A stretch of DNA of 32,000 bases, taken from Synechococcus elongatus PCC 6301 (GTDB taxonomy: Bacteria > Cyanobacteriota > Cyanobacteriia > Synechococcales > Synechococcaceae). Numbering within the stretch: the stretch's first letter is position 1; every line of letters starts with the position of its first letter. Shown piece after piece: positions 8,382 to 17,434 of the stretch. The translations under genes were made by a program, and so were the position numbers. Under the pieces are notes generated by a model. The model was given only the letters and a program-made list of their open reading frames with translations, had not been told where the DNA came from and ran no database searches. The stretch lies in contig NC_006576.1 in NCBI RefSeq assembly GCF_000010065.1, positions 2,310,001 through 2,342,000 on the forward strand, in the 5' to 3' direction.

Positions 8382-8834
8382 TCACAGGCTCTGGCCCCAG
8401 AGTTCGGCCTGAATTGCTGCGCTCCAGTAGCCATCTGCTACAGCGATTCCCCCCTGACGTGTCACTTCTGCGATTGCCATGCGGTAGAGCCAAGCTTCCC
8501 CGAGTGGCTGTTGCTGAAGGTCGTAGACCGGTTCCCAGCAGCGCTGATAAAGATTGAGACTGCGATCGCGATTGGGAGCATAGCCTTCTAGATCATCGAG
8601 TCGATCCAAGAGGTCCGGCGATCGCAACTGCAGAAGCACGCCCCGTACCCAACCCTCTTCTTCAGTGAGGGCCGGATAGCCCGCTGGCAGTGCATAGACC
8701 CTCCCCGGTACTTGAGCGGGGACGGCTGCAACGAGCCATGGCTCCAGATTGAGCACTTGATAGTAATGCTGACCTGGCTGCAGCGTGCCGTAGACGAAGA
8801 CCGAGAGCGGTGCTGGAGAGGACTGCTGAGGCAT
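8382..8834 (-). CDS. Gamma-glutamylcyclotransferase-like (AIG2/GGACT family) protein
   Basis: [14 protein letters not shown] at the N-terminus is the family hallmark (YGTL..G). I prefer the ATG at 8832-8834 over the track TTG at 8849. Confidence 0.8.
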   Translation of the reverse strand: MPQQSSPAPLSVFVYGTLQPGQHYYQVLNLEPWLVAAVPAQVPGRVYALPAGYPALTEEEGWVRGVLLQLRSPDLLDRLDDLEGYAPNRDRSLNLYQRCWEPVYDLQQQPLGEAWLYRMAIAEVTRQGGIAVADGYWSAAIQAELWGQSL

Positions 8835-8891
8835 TGTGCGAAAATGCAAAATGGTGCCAATTCACGCTCGCAAGAATACCAAGGAGTTTCG

Positions 8892-11441
8892 GTGGACAGC
8901 CGCTACGATCCCCAGGCAATTGAAACGAAGTGGCAACAGTCCTGGGCCGCTGCGCAGCTCGATCGCACTCCCGAAGCGGACGATCGCCCCAAGTTTTATG
9001 CCCTGTCGATGTTCCCCTATCCTTCGGGGAACTTGCACATGGGCCATGTGCGCAACTACACCATCACAGATGCGATCGCGCGGGTCAAACGCCGGCAAGG
9101 CTTCCGAGTGCTGCATGCGATGGGTTGGGATGCCTTCGGTCTACCCGCTGAGAATGCAGCGATCGATCGCGGTGTTCAACCCGCCGATTGGACTTATCAG
9201 AATGTCGCGCAGATGCGCGAGCAACTGAAGCAGTTGGGATTGTCCTACGACTGGGATCGCGAGGTCACGACTTGCTCGCCGGACTACTACCGCTGGACGC
9301 AATGGTTGTTCCTGCAGTTTTTTGAGGCGGGGCTGGCCTATCAGAAGGAAGCCACGGTTAACTGGGACCCGATTGATCAGACTGTGTTGGCGAATGAGCA
9401 GGTCGATAGTGAGGGGCGATCGTGGCGATCGGGTGCCAAAGTGGAGCGCCGCCAGCTCAAGCAATGGTTCCTGAAAATCACGGACTACGCCGAGGAGCTG
9501 CTGCAAGACCTCGATCAGCTGACTGGCTGGCCGGAGCGCGTGCGCTTGATGCAGGCCAACTGGATTGGGAAGTCCACCGGTGCCTATCTGGAATTTCCGA
9601 TCGTCAATTCCAGCGATCGCGTCAAAGTCTTTACGACCCGTCCCGATACGGTCTACGGCGTCAGCTACGTGGTGCTGGCGCCGGAACATCCGTTGGTGAC
9701 ACAGGTAACGACGCCAGAACAGCAAACTGCAGTGGCAGCCTTTGCAGCGGAAGTCAGCCAAACCAGCGAACTAGAGCGGACAGCAGAAGATCGCCCCAAA
9801 CGCGGCGTGCCCACGGGCGGCTTCGTCACTAATCCGTTTACGGGCCAGGCGGTGCCGATCTGGATTGCCGACTACGTTTTGGTTGAGTACGGCACGGGTG
9901 CCGTAATGGGTGTTCCTGCCCACGACAGTCGCGACTTTGCCTTCGCCCAGCGGTATGGCCTGCCAGTGCAGCCGGTGATTCAACCGACAGAAGGCGCGAT
10001 CGCGGAACCTTGGCCGGCTCCCTTCACTGAAGCGGGTGTGATGGTCAACTCCGGCCAGTTCGATGGTCTGTCTTCAACTGAAGCGAAAGCCAAGATCATC
10101 GCCTTTGCCGAAGAACAAGGCTGGGGCCAAGCCCATGTGCAATATCGCCTGCGTGATTGGCTGATCTCCCGTCAGCGCTACTGGGGCTGCCCGATTCCGA
10201 TTGTCCATTGCCCCGACTGCGGCCCTGTGGCAGCAGCCGATCTGCCGGTGCAGCTCCCTGACTCGGTGCAGTTTAGCGGGCGTGGCCCTTCGCCACTAGC
10301 GCAACTGGAAGATTGGGTGACGACCACTTGCCCAAGTTGTGGCAAACCAGCGCGGCGCGAAACCGACACGATGGACACCTTCATGTGTTCGTCTTGGTAC
10401 TACCTTCGCTACAGCGACGCCAGCAATCCAGAAATTGCCTTCACCAAGGACAAGGTCAACGACTGGTTGCCGGTGGATCAGTACGTTGGCGGCATTGAGC
10501 ATGCAATTCTGCACCTGCTCTACTCGCGCTTCTTCACTAAAGTGCTGCGCGATCGCGGCCTCCTCAGCTTCGATGAGCCATTTAAGCGGCTGCTGACCCA
10601 AGGGATGGTGCAGGGGTTGACCTACAAAAATCCCAAGACCGGTAAGTACGTGCCCAGCGATCGCATTAGCGATCCCAGTCAGCCGGTCGATCCTGATACA
10701 GGCGATCGCCTCGAAGTTTTCTTCGAGAAAATGTCGAAGTCGAAGTACAACGGCGTCGATCCAGCCCGAGTCCTCGATCGCTATGGCGCCGATACGGCGC
10801 GAATGTTCATCCTCTTCAAAGCGCCGCCCGAGAAGGATTTGGAGTGGGATGATGCCGATGTTGAAGGTCAATTCCGCTTCTTAAACCGGGTTTGGCGTCT
10901 GGTGCAAACAGCCAGCCAAGTCGAAGCAACGACCGCAGCAGACGATAAGGCCGAAAAGGATCTGCGCCGCGCTGTGCATACGGCGATCCAAGCGTTCACT
11001 GAGGATCTGGAAGAAGATTATCAGCTCAATACGGCGATTGCGGAGCTGATGAAGCTGACCAATGCACTTAACGATGCACCCATGCCTGGGAGTCCGGCCT
11101 ATCTGAAAGGCGTGCAGACATTAGTACTACTGCTGGCACCCTTTGCCCCTCACATTGCCGAGGAACTTTGGCAGCAGCTGGGTGGCGAGCGATCGGTGCA
11201 CCTTGAAGGCTGGCCCGTCTTGGATGAATCGGCACTCATCGTCGATGAAATTCCTTTGGTGATTCAAATTATGGGTAAAACGCGGGGCACAATCACCGTA
11301 CCTGCCTCTGCCGACCGCGATCAGCTCCAACAGTTGGCAAAGAATTCTGAGATTGCCCAACGCTGGCTGGACGGTCAAACAATCCGCAAAGTGATCGTTG
11401 TTCCAGGCAAGTTGGTCAATTTTGTAATCGCTTCACCCTAA
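8892..11441 (+). CDS. leuS: Leucine--tRNA ligase
   Basis: Present are the class I HIGH motif ([15 protein letters not shown]), the KMSKS motif ([11 protein letters not shown]) and the zinc-knuckle region CPDCG..CPSCG. The start is assigned to GTG 8892 ([18 protein letters not shown]), preceded by AAGGAG at 8881-8886. The track's 909-aa version overlaps the divergent gene. Confidence 0.95.
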   Translation: MDSRYDPQAIETKWQQSWAAAQLDRTPEADDRPKFYALSMFPYPSGNLHMGHVRNYTITDAIARVKRRQGFRVLHAMGWDAFGLPAENAAIDRGVQPADWTYQNVAQMREQLKQLGLSYDWDREVTTCSPDYYRWTQWLFLQFFEAGLAYQKEATVNWDPIDQTVLANEQVDSEGRSWRSGAKVERRQLKQWFLKITDYAEELLQDLDQLTGWPERVRLMQANWIGKSTGAYLEFPIVNSSDRVKVFTTRPDTVYGVSYVVLAPEHPLVTQVTTPEQQTAVAAFAAEVSQTSELERTAEDRPKRGVPTGGFVTNPFTGQAVPIWIADYVLVEYGTGAVMGVPAHDSRDFAFAQRYGLPVQPVIQPTEGAIAEPWPAPFTEAGVMVNSGQFDGLSSTEAKAKIIAFAEEQGWGQAHVQYRLRDWLISRQRYWGCPIPIVHCPDCGPVAAADLPVQLPDSVQFSGRGPSPLAQLEDWVTTTCPSCGKPARRETDTMDTFMCSSWYYLRYSDASNPEIAFTKDKVNDWLPVDQYVGGIEHAILHLLYSRFFTKVLRDRGLLSFDEPFKRLLTQGMVQGLTYKNPKTGKYVPSDRISDPSQPVDPDTGDRLEVFFEKMSKSKYNGVDPARVLDRYGADTARMFILFKAPPEKDLEWDDADVEGQFRFLNRVWRLVQTASQVEATTAADDKAEKDLRRAVHTAIQAFTEDLEEDYQLNTAIAELMKLTNALNDAPMPGSPAYLKGVQTLVLLLAPFAPHIAEELWQQLGGERSVHLEGWPVLDESALIVDEIPLVIQIMGKTRGTITVPASADRDQLQQLAKNSEIAQRWLDGQTIRKVIVVPGKLVNFVIASP

Positions 11442-11710
11442 ATCAGCACTAAAGAGACAACTATGAGTTCTGGAGTCCTTAGTTGGGCTCCTATCTCTAG
11501 GATTTCAACCGAGTGATCCCAGAGTTTAAATGCAGGGTCTCTGGTGTGCCTGGTGTCGTATCATTCTCAAAGCTGGGAAATTTTAAAAGCCACTCTTTCT
11601 AAACAAAAGATGATTTCCCTATCTAGTACTTTTTTAGCCCTAAATACTGTCCAACTTGCCTAGAGAGAATTATTATTGAACGGTTGTAAACTCTTCCTGG
11701 CCGGTTGTTG

Positions 11711-12472
11711 ATGCCTTCGAGCAATTTCGAGATTGATAGTCAGCAGCGAGCTTTGCGACTTGCTCGCCTCGTTCAACAAATCCGCGCTAACCTAGCAGGC
11801 CGCTCGCTGCGCCCTTTCGCAGATATGCTGCCTGCTCCTGAGAACCTCTCGAAGCGTAAGCTATCGCGGTTACTAGGTGTCTCGCCTACCCTGATCAACA
11901 AATATGAATCGGGGGAAATTGATCCTTGGGAAATTCGTTGGGGCCTAATGCGAAGGCTAGCGCGGCTGGCTGAACTCTCTCTAGAGCAGCTAGACGCTAC
12001 TCTGAGTGGGGATGAAACCTTTACCCAGCCAGAACTCGAGCAGCGGTCTGTTCCACCCCATGAGCTGATCAGCTCCATTCGGGGAGCGCTTGATCGCCTT
12101 GAAGCTAGCCTTGAGCATGTGCAGGGAGATGAGTCCCGCGAGTATTTGGTGCCTTGGTTTGGGCGTTACCTGCGGACCCTCTTGGCGGATCAGGCGCGGG
12201 AATCCCGCAAGACCTTGAGTGAGCTGACCGATGCTCTGATTGCTGCCCTCCCCAGTACCGATGCTGATCGGAGTGCCCTGCTGCGGAAGGTTTTTGAAGG
12301 GCAAGCTGAATTGACCGATCGCCAAATTGAGGTTGAATGCGTTGCCTTGGCGGCTGCCCTCAGCGAAGTGATTGAAGTCCCCGTCACGGCTGGGCAATTG
12401 CTGGCGCTACTGCCCGATGCCGAAATGCGATCGCAACTAGAAGCCTCGGGCTCGGGACAAGAGGGGGAGTAG
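11711..12472 (+). CDS. Hypothetical protein with an XRE-type helix-turn-helix
   Basis: The HTH-like segment KRKLSRLLGVSPTLINKYESGEI lies near the N-terminus; the rest of the ORF has no recognisable motifs. It follows a 269-bp AT-rich gap. Its 3' end overlaps the convergent GT4 ORF by 36 nt. Confidence 0.6.
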   Translation: MPSSNFEIDSQQRALRLARLVQQIRANLAGRSLRPFADMLPAPENLSKRKLSRLLGVSPTLINKYESGEIDPWEIRWGLMRRLARLAELSLEQLDATLSGDETFTQPELEQRSVPPHELISSIRGALDRLEASLEHVQGDESREYLVPWFGRYLRTLLADQARESRKTLSELTDALIAALPSTDADRSALLRKVFEGQAELTDRQIEVECVALAAALSEVIEVPVTAGQLLALLPDAEMRSQLEASGSGQEGE

Positions 12473-13387
12473 CCACGCTTCTAGACGTTGACCCATCGCA
12501 GCCAAGGAAAACCGTGCTTCGGCTTGGGCTCGACAGTAAGCGCGATCGAGGCTAGACAGTTGCCCAATTGCGTTGACGAGAGCAGCCTGTTGATCGGGTT
12601 CTACCAGCCAGCCACTCTTGCCCTGCTCAATAATTTCCAAGGGTCCGCCGCGGGCATAGGCTATCACTGGTACGCCACAGGCGAGGGCTTCAATGGCGAC
12701 GTTGCCAAAGGCTTCCACCCATTTTGGGGTCATTAACAGGCCTTGGCAGCGGCCCAAGCCACGTTGCAACTCATCGGTACTGACGAAGCCCTGATAGCTG
12801 ACGGCCCGATCGCCAAACTGCTGTTGGAGTCGTTGCCAATAGTCGGGTTCAGTCAGGGCACCCCAGACCCGCAACGGGAGGCCAGCCTGTTGAGCGGCTT
12901 GAATGGCATCTTCTAGGCCCTTTTCTGGTGCAATCCGTCCTACCCAGCCCAAGACCGGCTCTGGCTCTGGGTTAAACCCATAGGCTGCTAGGTCAAGGGC
13001 ATTGCCGATACAAAGGCAGCGATCGCCAAAGGGAAAGGTTGCTGCCTGAGCCAGACTGTGGACAGCGATGCTGCCGGGATAGCGATCGAGGCTTGTGGCG
13101 ATCGCCTGATCCATCACCTCAGATAGGGATCCCATGCTGATCAAATGGGCGACAGGCATCTTGAAAAACGGCGTCAGATATAGCGGTAGCCAGTCGTAGG
13201 CGAAGTTGAGGATCAGGTCAAAGTCGGTTTGCTGCTGGTGAGCTCGATCCCAGAGCCGGGCTAAAACACTCTCAGCAGGAATCTCAGCAGGAGTGGCGCG
13301 CCCGTGACTTTGAGCCGTGCTTTGCCAAGTCCCAGGCACCGTTTCCAGCGGCAAATCGGGCAGCACCGATCCAGCCGGCGCGAGCAC
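12437..13387 (-). CDS. GT4-family (group 1) glycosyltransferase, intact C-terminal 316 codons
   Basis: The C-terminal GT-B domain motifs GRIAPEKGLEDAIQAA and EAFGNVAIEALACGVPVIA..GG..E are present. The open frame starts only at GTG 13387 and lacks the N-terminal Gly-rich loop, which is encoded upstream in other frames. Confidence 0.75.
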   Translation of the reverse strand: MLAPAGSVLPDLPLETVPGTWQSTAQSHGRATPAEIPAESVLARLWDRAHQQQTDFDLILNFAYDWLPLYLTPFFKMPVAHLISMGSLSEVMDQAIATSLDRYPGSIAVHSLAQAATFPFGDRCLCIGNALDLAAYGFNPEPEPVLGWVGRIAPEKGLEDAIQAAQQAGLPLRVWGALTEPDYWQRLQQQFGDRAVSYQGFVSTDELQRGLGRCQGLLMTPKWVEAFGNVAIEALACGVPVIAYARGGPLEIIEQGKSGWLVEPDQQAALVNAIGQLSSLDRAYCRAQAEARFSLAAMGQRLEAWLLPLLSRARGF

Positions 13388-13519
13388 GCTGACTTGGTGC
13401 CCCTCGCTGGGGTCAGAGCCTTGGCTAAATTGGGCAGGGTCAGTTCAACACCGCCCCCTCGCCCCGACCCCAAGGGGCCGACGGGGTGTTGATACAAACA
13501 GAAAACGGTGGGCAGTCAT
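13388..13519 (-). pseudogene. Displaced N-terminal coding remnants of the GT4 gene (apparent frameshifts)
   Basis: Three pieces read from the ATG at 13517-13519: MTAHRFLFVSTP (frame 1), VGPLGSGRGGGVELTLPNLAKALT (frame 2) and EGHQVSVLAPAGS (frame 1, continuous with the main ORF). Frame 1 hits a TGA at 13445-13447. Confidence 0.55.
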
Positions 13520-13576
13520 AGAGACGCCTCCGAGGGATGCTGGCGCGATCGCGGTTAGGAAAAGCTGGGGATGCTG

Positions 13577-14671
13577 CTACTGGGCTGAGCGATCGGGGAC
13601 TTCAGGTAGAGCCGGATCGATAACAGCGGGCTGGAGTCGGGTTTTCCAGCCTCGGGCTGTCAACCAATCCCGCTGACTGATCAGCAAAATACTGACCAGG
13701 CTAAGGCTGACCCCGACCCATTGGATCATGCCCAGCTTTTCACCCAAGAAGAGATTGCCAAATAACAGTGCAAAGACCGGCGTCAAAAAGGTCAGCGCAC
13801 TCAGGCTTGTCAAGCTGCCGCTGGCGGCAAAGTAAAAAAATAGCCCGTAGGCGATCGCACTGCCGAAGAGGGTGGCGTAGCTCAAGGCCAGCCAGTCACT
13901 GAGGCCGAGTTGCTGCCACTGTTGGCTTTCGAGGCTCCAGCTGCCCAAGACCAAAGGAATAGCCCCAGCGATCATGTGCCAGCCGGTTGCCGCGATTGGG
14001 TCGGCCCAGCGCGAGACATAGCGACTGAGGATGGTGCCGACAGCCATGGAAAGCGCTGCCAGCAACATCAGCCAGCGACCGTTGTTGAAGAGGGCGCTCA
14101 GCCAGCTTTGATCGGTGGGCCAGAGTTCTGCGATCGCGGGGCCAACCAACTGGACGGGAATATGCAGCCCCTGTAAGAGGCGATCGCCCAGGGCTAATAA
14201 CCACGTCTCAGGCAACCCCAATAGGCTGATGCCGACAATACCGATCGCTAGCCCCAGCCAGCCCCAAAGGCCAATCCGCTCGCCGAACAGCCAGTAGGCC
14301 AGCAGCGCCACGATCAGCGGCTGCGAATCGATCATGACGGAACCAATGCCTGCTCCGGTGCGGGTTAGCCCCTCAGCCAAAAATCCTTGAAAAAGGGTGC
14401 CATCCACCAGGCCAAAGAGCCCAATCCAGGCCCAAGCCCGCCAACCCTGGGGTTGGGGCCGTCCCAACCAAGCCGCAGCCAGCAGGACCAGGATGCCAGC
14501 CGGCAACAGTCGCACGGTGGCCAAAAAGAGGGGAGTGGTGTGGTCGGTCGTACCTTTCATGGCTACCATGGCCGTTCCCCAAAGGAAAAAGGGCGCCAGC
14601 AGAAGCGGAGTTTTGGCAAGCGCAGGCGGCCCAGCAGCAGGCATAGCAATGGCGGAAAGGTCGGCGCTCAT
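13577..14671 (-). CDS. EamA/DMT-superfamily transporter
   Basis: 364-aa polytopic membrane ORF with about 10 hydrophobic segments and the two-repeat architecture typical of EamA proteins. Confidence 0.85.
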   Translation of the reverse strand: MSADLSAIAMPAAGPPALAKTPLLLAPFFLWGTAMVAMKGTTDHTTPLFLATVRLLPAGILVLLAAAWLGRPQPQGWRAWAWIGLFGLVDGTLFQGFLAEGLTRTGAGIGSVMIDSQPLIVALLAYWLFGERIGLWGWLGLAIGIVGISLLGLPETWLLALGDRLLQGLHIPVQLVGPAIAELWPTDQSWLSALFNNGRWLMLLAALSMAVGTILSRYVSRWADPIAATGWHMIAGAIPLVLGSWSLESQQWQQLGLSDWLALSYATLFGSAIAYGLFFYFAASGSLTSLSALTFLTPVFALLFGNLFLGEKLGMIQWVGVSLSLVSILLISQRDWLTARGWKTRLQPAVIDPALPEVPDRSAQ

Positions 14672-14758
14672 TCTAACAAGGCCGCGATCGCCGGTTTCGG
14701 CTCCCCTCCTAGCGGGGATTTTCTACAATCAGAAGAATTCAGCATTCTTGGGTTCCCT

Positions 14759-15571
14759 ATGGTTTGGCCATTCCCGCGTCGTGCCCGCAAGCAAATTGCT
14801 CGCATCGAAGTGTCGGGAGCGATCGCCGGTGGGACCCGTCAACGGTTGTTGCGATCGCTGAAGACTGTGGCGGAACGGGGCTATCCGGCACTGCTGCTGC
14901 GGATTGACAGCCCAGGCGGCACCGTCGGTGACTCCCAGGAAATCTACGAAGCCCTAAAACGACTGCGCAGCCAGCATCAGACCAAAGTTATCGCTAGCTT
15001 TGGCAATATTTCGGCATCCGGCGGAGTCTACATCGGCATGGGAGCCGACAAAATCGTCAGCAACCCCGGCACGATCACGGGCAGCATTGGTGTAATTTTG
15101 CGCGGTAACAACCTTGAGCGCCTGCTCGATCGGGTTGGCGTCTCCTTCAAGGTGATCAAGTCTGGCCCCTATAAGGACATCCTCTCCTTCGATCGCGAGC
15201 TAACTGACAACGAAAAGGAGATTCTGCAAAACTTGATCGACATCAGCTACCAGCAGTTTGTTCAAACCGTGGCTGATGCGCGGCAATTGACCGTAGAAAC
15301 CGTCAAAAGCTTTGCCGATGGCCGAATTTTTACCGGTGAGCAAGCGCTGAGTTTAGGCTTGATCGATCGCCTTGGCACTGAAGAAGATGCTCGGCGTTGG
15401 GCGGCGGAATTGGTGGGACTCGATCCTGAAAAAGCAACCCTCGCTCCGATCGAAGAACCGAAACCTCTCACTCGCCGGTTGCTACCGCTGGGGCAGGTTG
15501 GTGCTGGCCTTGACTGGCTGGAATTTGAACTGACGGCCGCTGGCCAACCGCTCTGGCTCTACCGTCCTTGA
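14759..15571 (+). CDS. sppA: Signal peptide peptidase SppA, 36K type
   Basis: Diagnostic segments: IARIEVSGAIAGG, LLLRIDSPGGTVGDSQEIYEAL, ISASGGVYIGMGADKIVSNPGTITGSIGVI. The ATG at 14759 avoids the overlap with the divergent EamA gene that the track's 394-aa version implies. Confidence 0.9.
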   Translation: MVWPFPRRARKQIARIEVSGAIAGGTRQRLLRSLKTVAERGYPALLLRIDSPGGTVGDSQEIYEALKRLRSQHQTKVIASFGNISASGGVYIGMGADKIVSNPGTITGSIGVILRGNNLERLLDRVGVSFKVIKSGPYKDILSFDRELTDNEKEILQNLIDISYQQFVQTVADARQLTVETVKSFADGRIFTGEQALSLGLIDRLGTEEDARRWAAELVGLDPEKATLAPIEEPKPLTRRLLPLGQVGAGLDWLEFELTAAGQPLWLYRP

Positions 15572-15627
15572 GGTCTGGACTGAATCACGGGATACTCTGG
15601 AGGGATGATTGCCCAGGAGGATAGGCC

Positions 15628-16020
15628 GTGTCGTGGCGGGTCAAAGCGATTCGAGGTGCAACCACCGTTCGTGAAAACACGGCGGAAGCCATGCGCGAAG
15701 CAGTCAGTGAGCTTTTAGACGAGCTGGAGCGCCGCAATCCTCTCAACCCCGACGATATTGTCAGCCTGACTTTCTCAGTCACTCGCGACCTCGATGCCAT
15801 GTTTCCGGCTGCTGTTGCTCGTCAGCGGGCTGGCTGGCAGAATGTGCCGCTGCTAGATGTGCAGCAAATGTATGTGGAGGGCAGTCTCGAGCGCTGTATT
15901 CGTCTGCTCCTGCATTTCAACTGCCCCGAAGATCAGCCGCCGATCGAGCATCCCTACTTGCGGGGTGCCCAAGTGCTGCGACCGGACTGGGTACTCACTG
16001 AGTCTGCGAATCATCGCTAG
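15628..16020 (+). CDS. aroH: Chorismate mutase, AroH class
   Basis: VKAIRGATTVRENTAEAMREAVSELLDEL..IVSLTFSVTRDLDAMFPA..VEGSLERCIRLLLH matches the monofunctional AroH-type pattern. Confidence 0.85.
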   Translation: MSWRVKAIRGATTVRENTAEAMREAVSELLDELERRNPLNPDDIVSLTFSVTRDLDAMFPAAVARQRAGWQNVPLLDVQQMYVEGSLERCIRLLLHFNCPEDQPPIEHPYLRGAQVLRPDWVLTESANHR

Positions 16021-16187
16021 AACTCAGGTTAAGGTCTGATCACGCAATGACTTAGACCTGATTCGCTGCTGACCCAAAGTTTATCCAAACTTGTTGGATC
16101 AATCTTGAGTCGATCCAATCAAAGGCGATCGCTCAGACAAAATCTCAGTAGATGCCGCGATCGCCCCTCCTCAGGCTGAAAGCGGTG

Positions 16188-16646
16188 TTATAGGACTTGA
16201 TGCGTGTAGGCGTGCTGCTTGACGTTGTCTTCAGGACGCACCACCGGCGCTGCATTCAAGATGCGCTTGCGTTCCAGTGAATATTGGAAATCGCTGTAGC
16301 GATCGCCCAAAGGCAAGCGTTCACGGGTTTGTGGGTCGCGGCGATACGTTCTGGCCGCGGCCAAAAGGCGTTCGTGAAAGTCGGAGCAGAGCTGCGCGGT
16401 TTCCGGCCAATCCCTAGGCCGTTGCCAATCCGTCAGATCTAGCCAATCCGCGAGGGTGGTGGCGATCGCGGTTTGATAGGCCGTCGGCACACCCGCAAAC
16501 AAAGCACCCAACGCGGCCGCCGGGATTGGCTCAATAATTGTCAGCTCTTGCATCCCCTCCGGTTGCTTGAGGAAGCAAGTTGCCAAGCCCAAAACAACGT
16601 AACTCTCGGGGCTTAAATCATCGAGAGGCAGAGCGATCGCAGTCAT
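16188..16646 (-). CDS. Conserved hypothetical protein (152 aa from the ATG)
   Basis: The ORF has balanced composition, and the ATG at 16644-16646 (MTAIALPLDDLSPESYVVLGLATCF) lies 35 nt after the upstream same-strand gene. I could not recognise any motif. Confidence 0.55.
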   Translation of the reverse strand: MTAIALPLDDLSPESYVVLGLATCFLKQPEGMQELTIIEPIPAAALGALFAGVPTAYQTAIATTLADWLDLTDWQRPRDWPETAQLCSDFHERLLAAARTYRRDPQTRERLPLGDRYSDFQYSLERKRILNAAPVVRPEDNVKQHAYTHQVL

Positions 16647-16681
16647 GGAACAGGACGCAGAGAGGGGGTCTATGCGCCATC

Positions 16682-17065
16682 CTAACGACTGGTTTCGGGG
16701 CTGGACTCCTGCCACACAATTCGTTTCTGACCCGGCTGAATCCAGTTGCCCTGCTCTTGCATCACGGTTCGGGCTTCAGCGGTCGAGAAGACTCGCGCAA
16801 AATCGTTTTTTAAGATCTGCACCCGTCTTTCCGTCAGTTGCAGTTCTGCATCCAGTTCTTGTAACCGTTCAAGCCGAGTCGAAGCAGACTGTAGCAGGCG
16901 CAGACCCGATGTACTGAGCAATGTGGCTACAGCGAGCAAGAGGGTCAGCTTGAGGGTGGGTTCAAGCCATAGGCAGGGAGCCGCTGCAGCGGTCGACGTT
17001 TTGGCCACCGCAACAGGCGGGCGATCGCGATGGGAAGTGGAGCGAACTCTGGGAACAGCAGCCAT
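16682..17065 (-). CDS. Single-pass membrane protein with a coiled-coil segment (possible FtsB/FtsL/DivIC-like divisome component)
   Basis: A basic N-terminus is followed by a TM helix (LKLTLLLAVATLLSTSGL) and a heptad-like stretch, RLERLQELDAELQLTERRVQILKNDF. The function is inferred from architecture only. Confidence 0.5.
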   Translation of the reverse strand: MAAVPRVRSTSHRDRPPVAVAKTSTAAAAPCLWLEPTLKLTLLLAVATLLSTSGLRLLQSASTRLERLQELDAELQLTERRVQILKNDFARVFSTAEARTVMQEQGNWIQPGQKRIVWQESSPETSR

Positions 17066-17140
17066 GCGATCGAAGGGTTGGACGTTTGTAGGCCAAACTC
17101 TAGCGGGTTTCAGTAGTGAGTGCCAAGCTTTTTAGCGCCC

Positions 17141-17180
17141 TAAATCAAAAACTCTCTGGTCGCCGAGGTTCCCAGAGAGT
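17141..17180 (-). terminator. Rho-independent terminator of psaM
   Basis: On the minus strand a perfect 9-bp stem (ACTCTCTGG / CCAGAGAGT; plus coordinates 17172-17180 and 17151-17159) encloses a 12-nt loop and is followed by TTTTGATTT. Confidence 0.7.
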
Positions 17181-17221
17181 CAGTCGTGATTGTAGTGAAC
17201 GCAGACAGACTAGCGATAGCT

Positions 17222-17311
17222 TTAGCGATAGAGTTCGGTGCCCAGACGGTACGCCAAAACAGCTGGCACGAGGGCAAGGAGTAGGGCGACAAAGACTTGA
17301 GTATCAGTCAT
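17222..17311 (-). CDS. psaM: Photosystem I reaction centre subunit XII (PsaM), 29 aa
   Basis: Below the ORF-track size cutoff. Hand translation gives MTDTQVFVALLLALVPAVLAYRLGTELYR, close to known PsaM (..TDTQVYVALVIALLPAVLAFRLSTELYK). It is followed by its own terminator. Confidence 0.85.
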   Translation of the reverse strand: MTDTQVFVALLLALVPAVLAYRLGTELYR

Positions 17312-17434
17312 TACAGGCTCTCTCTCGATTTCAGCGCTAGATTGCTAATTACTTTCCGTGATCGAAAAGAGTCAAACCAGCGCTTTTCACATCATTTAAC
17401 AACTCGAGGTTCATCCCCTACCTTGCTCGACCCC

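Noticed and set aside
8712-8891. 5' extension of leuS in the track (909-aa version); similar extensions occur for sppA (14387-14758), phoU (17297-17434), acsF (22505-22555) and the RNase (18391-18426)
   Set aside because: The extensions overlap divergent or neighbouring genes and lack homology to the family N-termini. Internal starts reproduce the canonical N-termini, and leuS has an AAGGAG just upstream of its GTG.
9141-10871. Long antisense ORFs inside leuS (9141-9761, 206 aa; 10296-10871, 191 aa)
   Set aside because: They lie opposite a confidently identified gene in GC-rich sequence, where stop codons are rare. Their translations are Arg/Pro/Gly-rich with no motifs.
11463-11577. Tiny ORFs (17-18 codons) in the AT-rich gap after leuS
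   Set aside because: They show no similarity to known small cyanobacterial proteins and have no ribosome-binding sites. ORFs of this size are expected by chance.
16032-16118. Two short hairpins between convergent aroH and the hypothetical gene (AGGTCT/AGACCT; TTGGATC/GATCCAA)
   Set aside because: The stems are only 6-7 bp with large loops and no clear U-tracts on either strand, which is too weak to annotate as terminators.
17211-17231. The direct repeat TAGCGATAG-ctt-TAGCGATAG, first considered as a response-regulator (Pho-box-like) site near phoU
   Set aside because: It does not match the PyTTAAPyPy(T/A) Pho-box consensus. It is explained by the 3' end of psaM plus a 12-nt duplication just past its stop codon.
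17116-17340. A 74-aa plus-strand ORF in the phoU upstream region
   Set aside because: It lies directly opposite psaM and its terminator, and its translation is Arg/Ser-rich with no motif.
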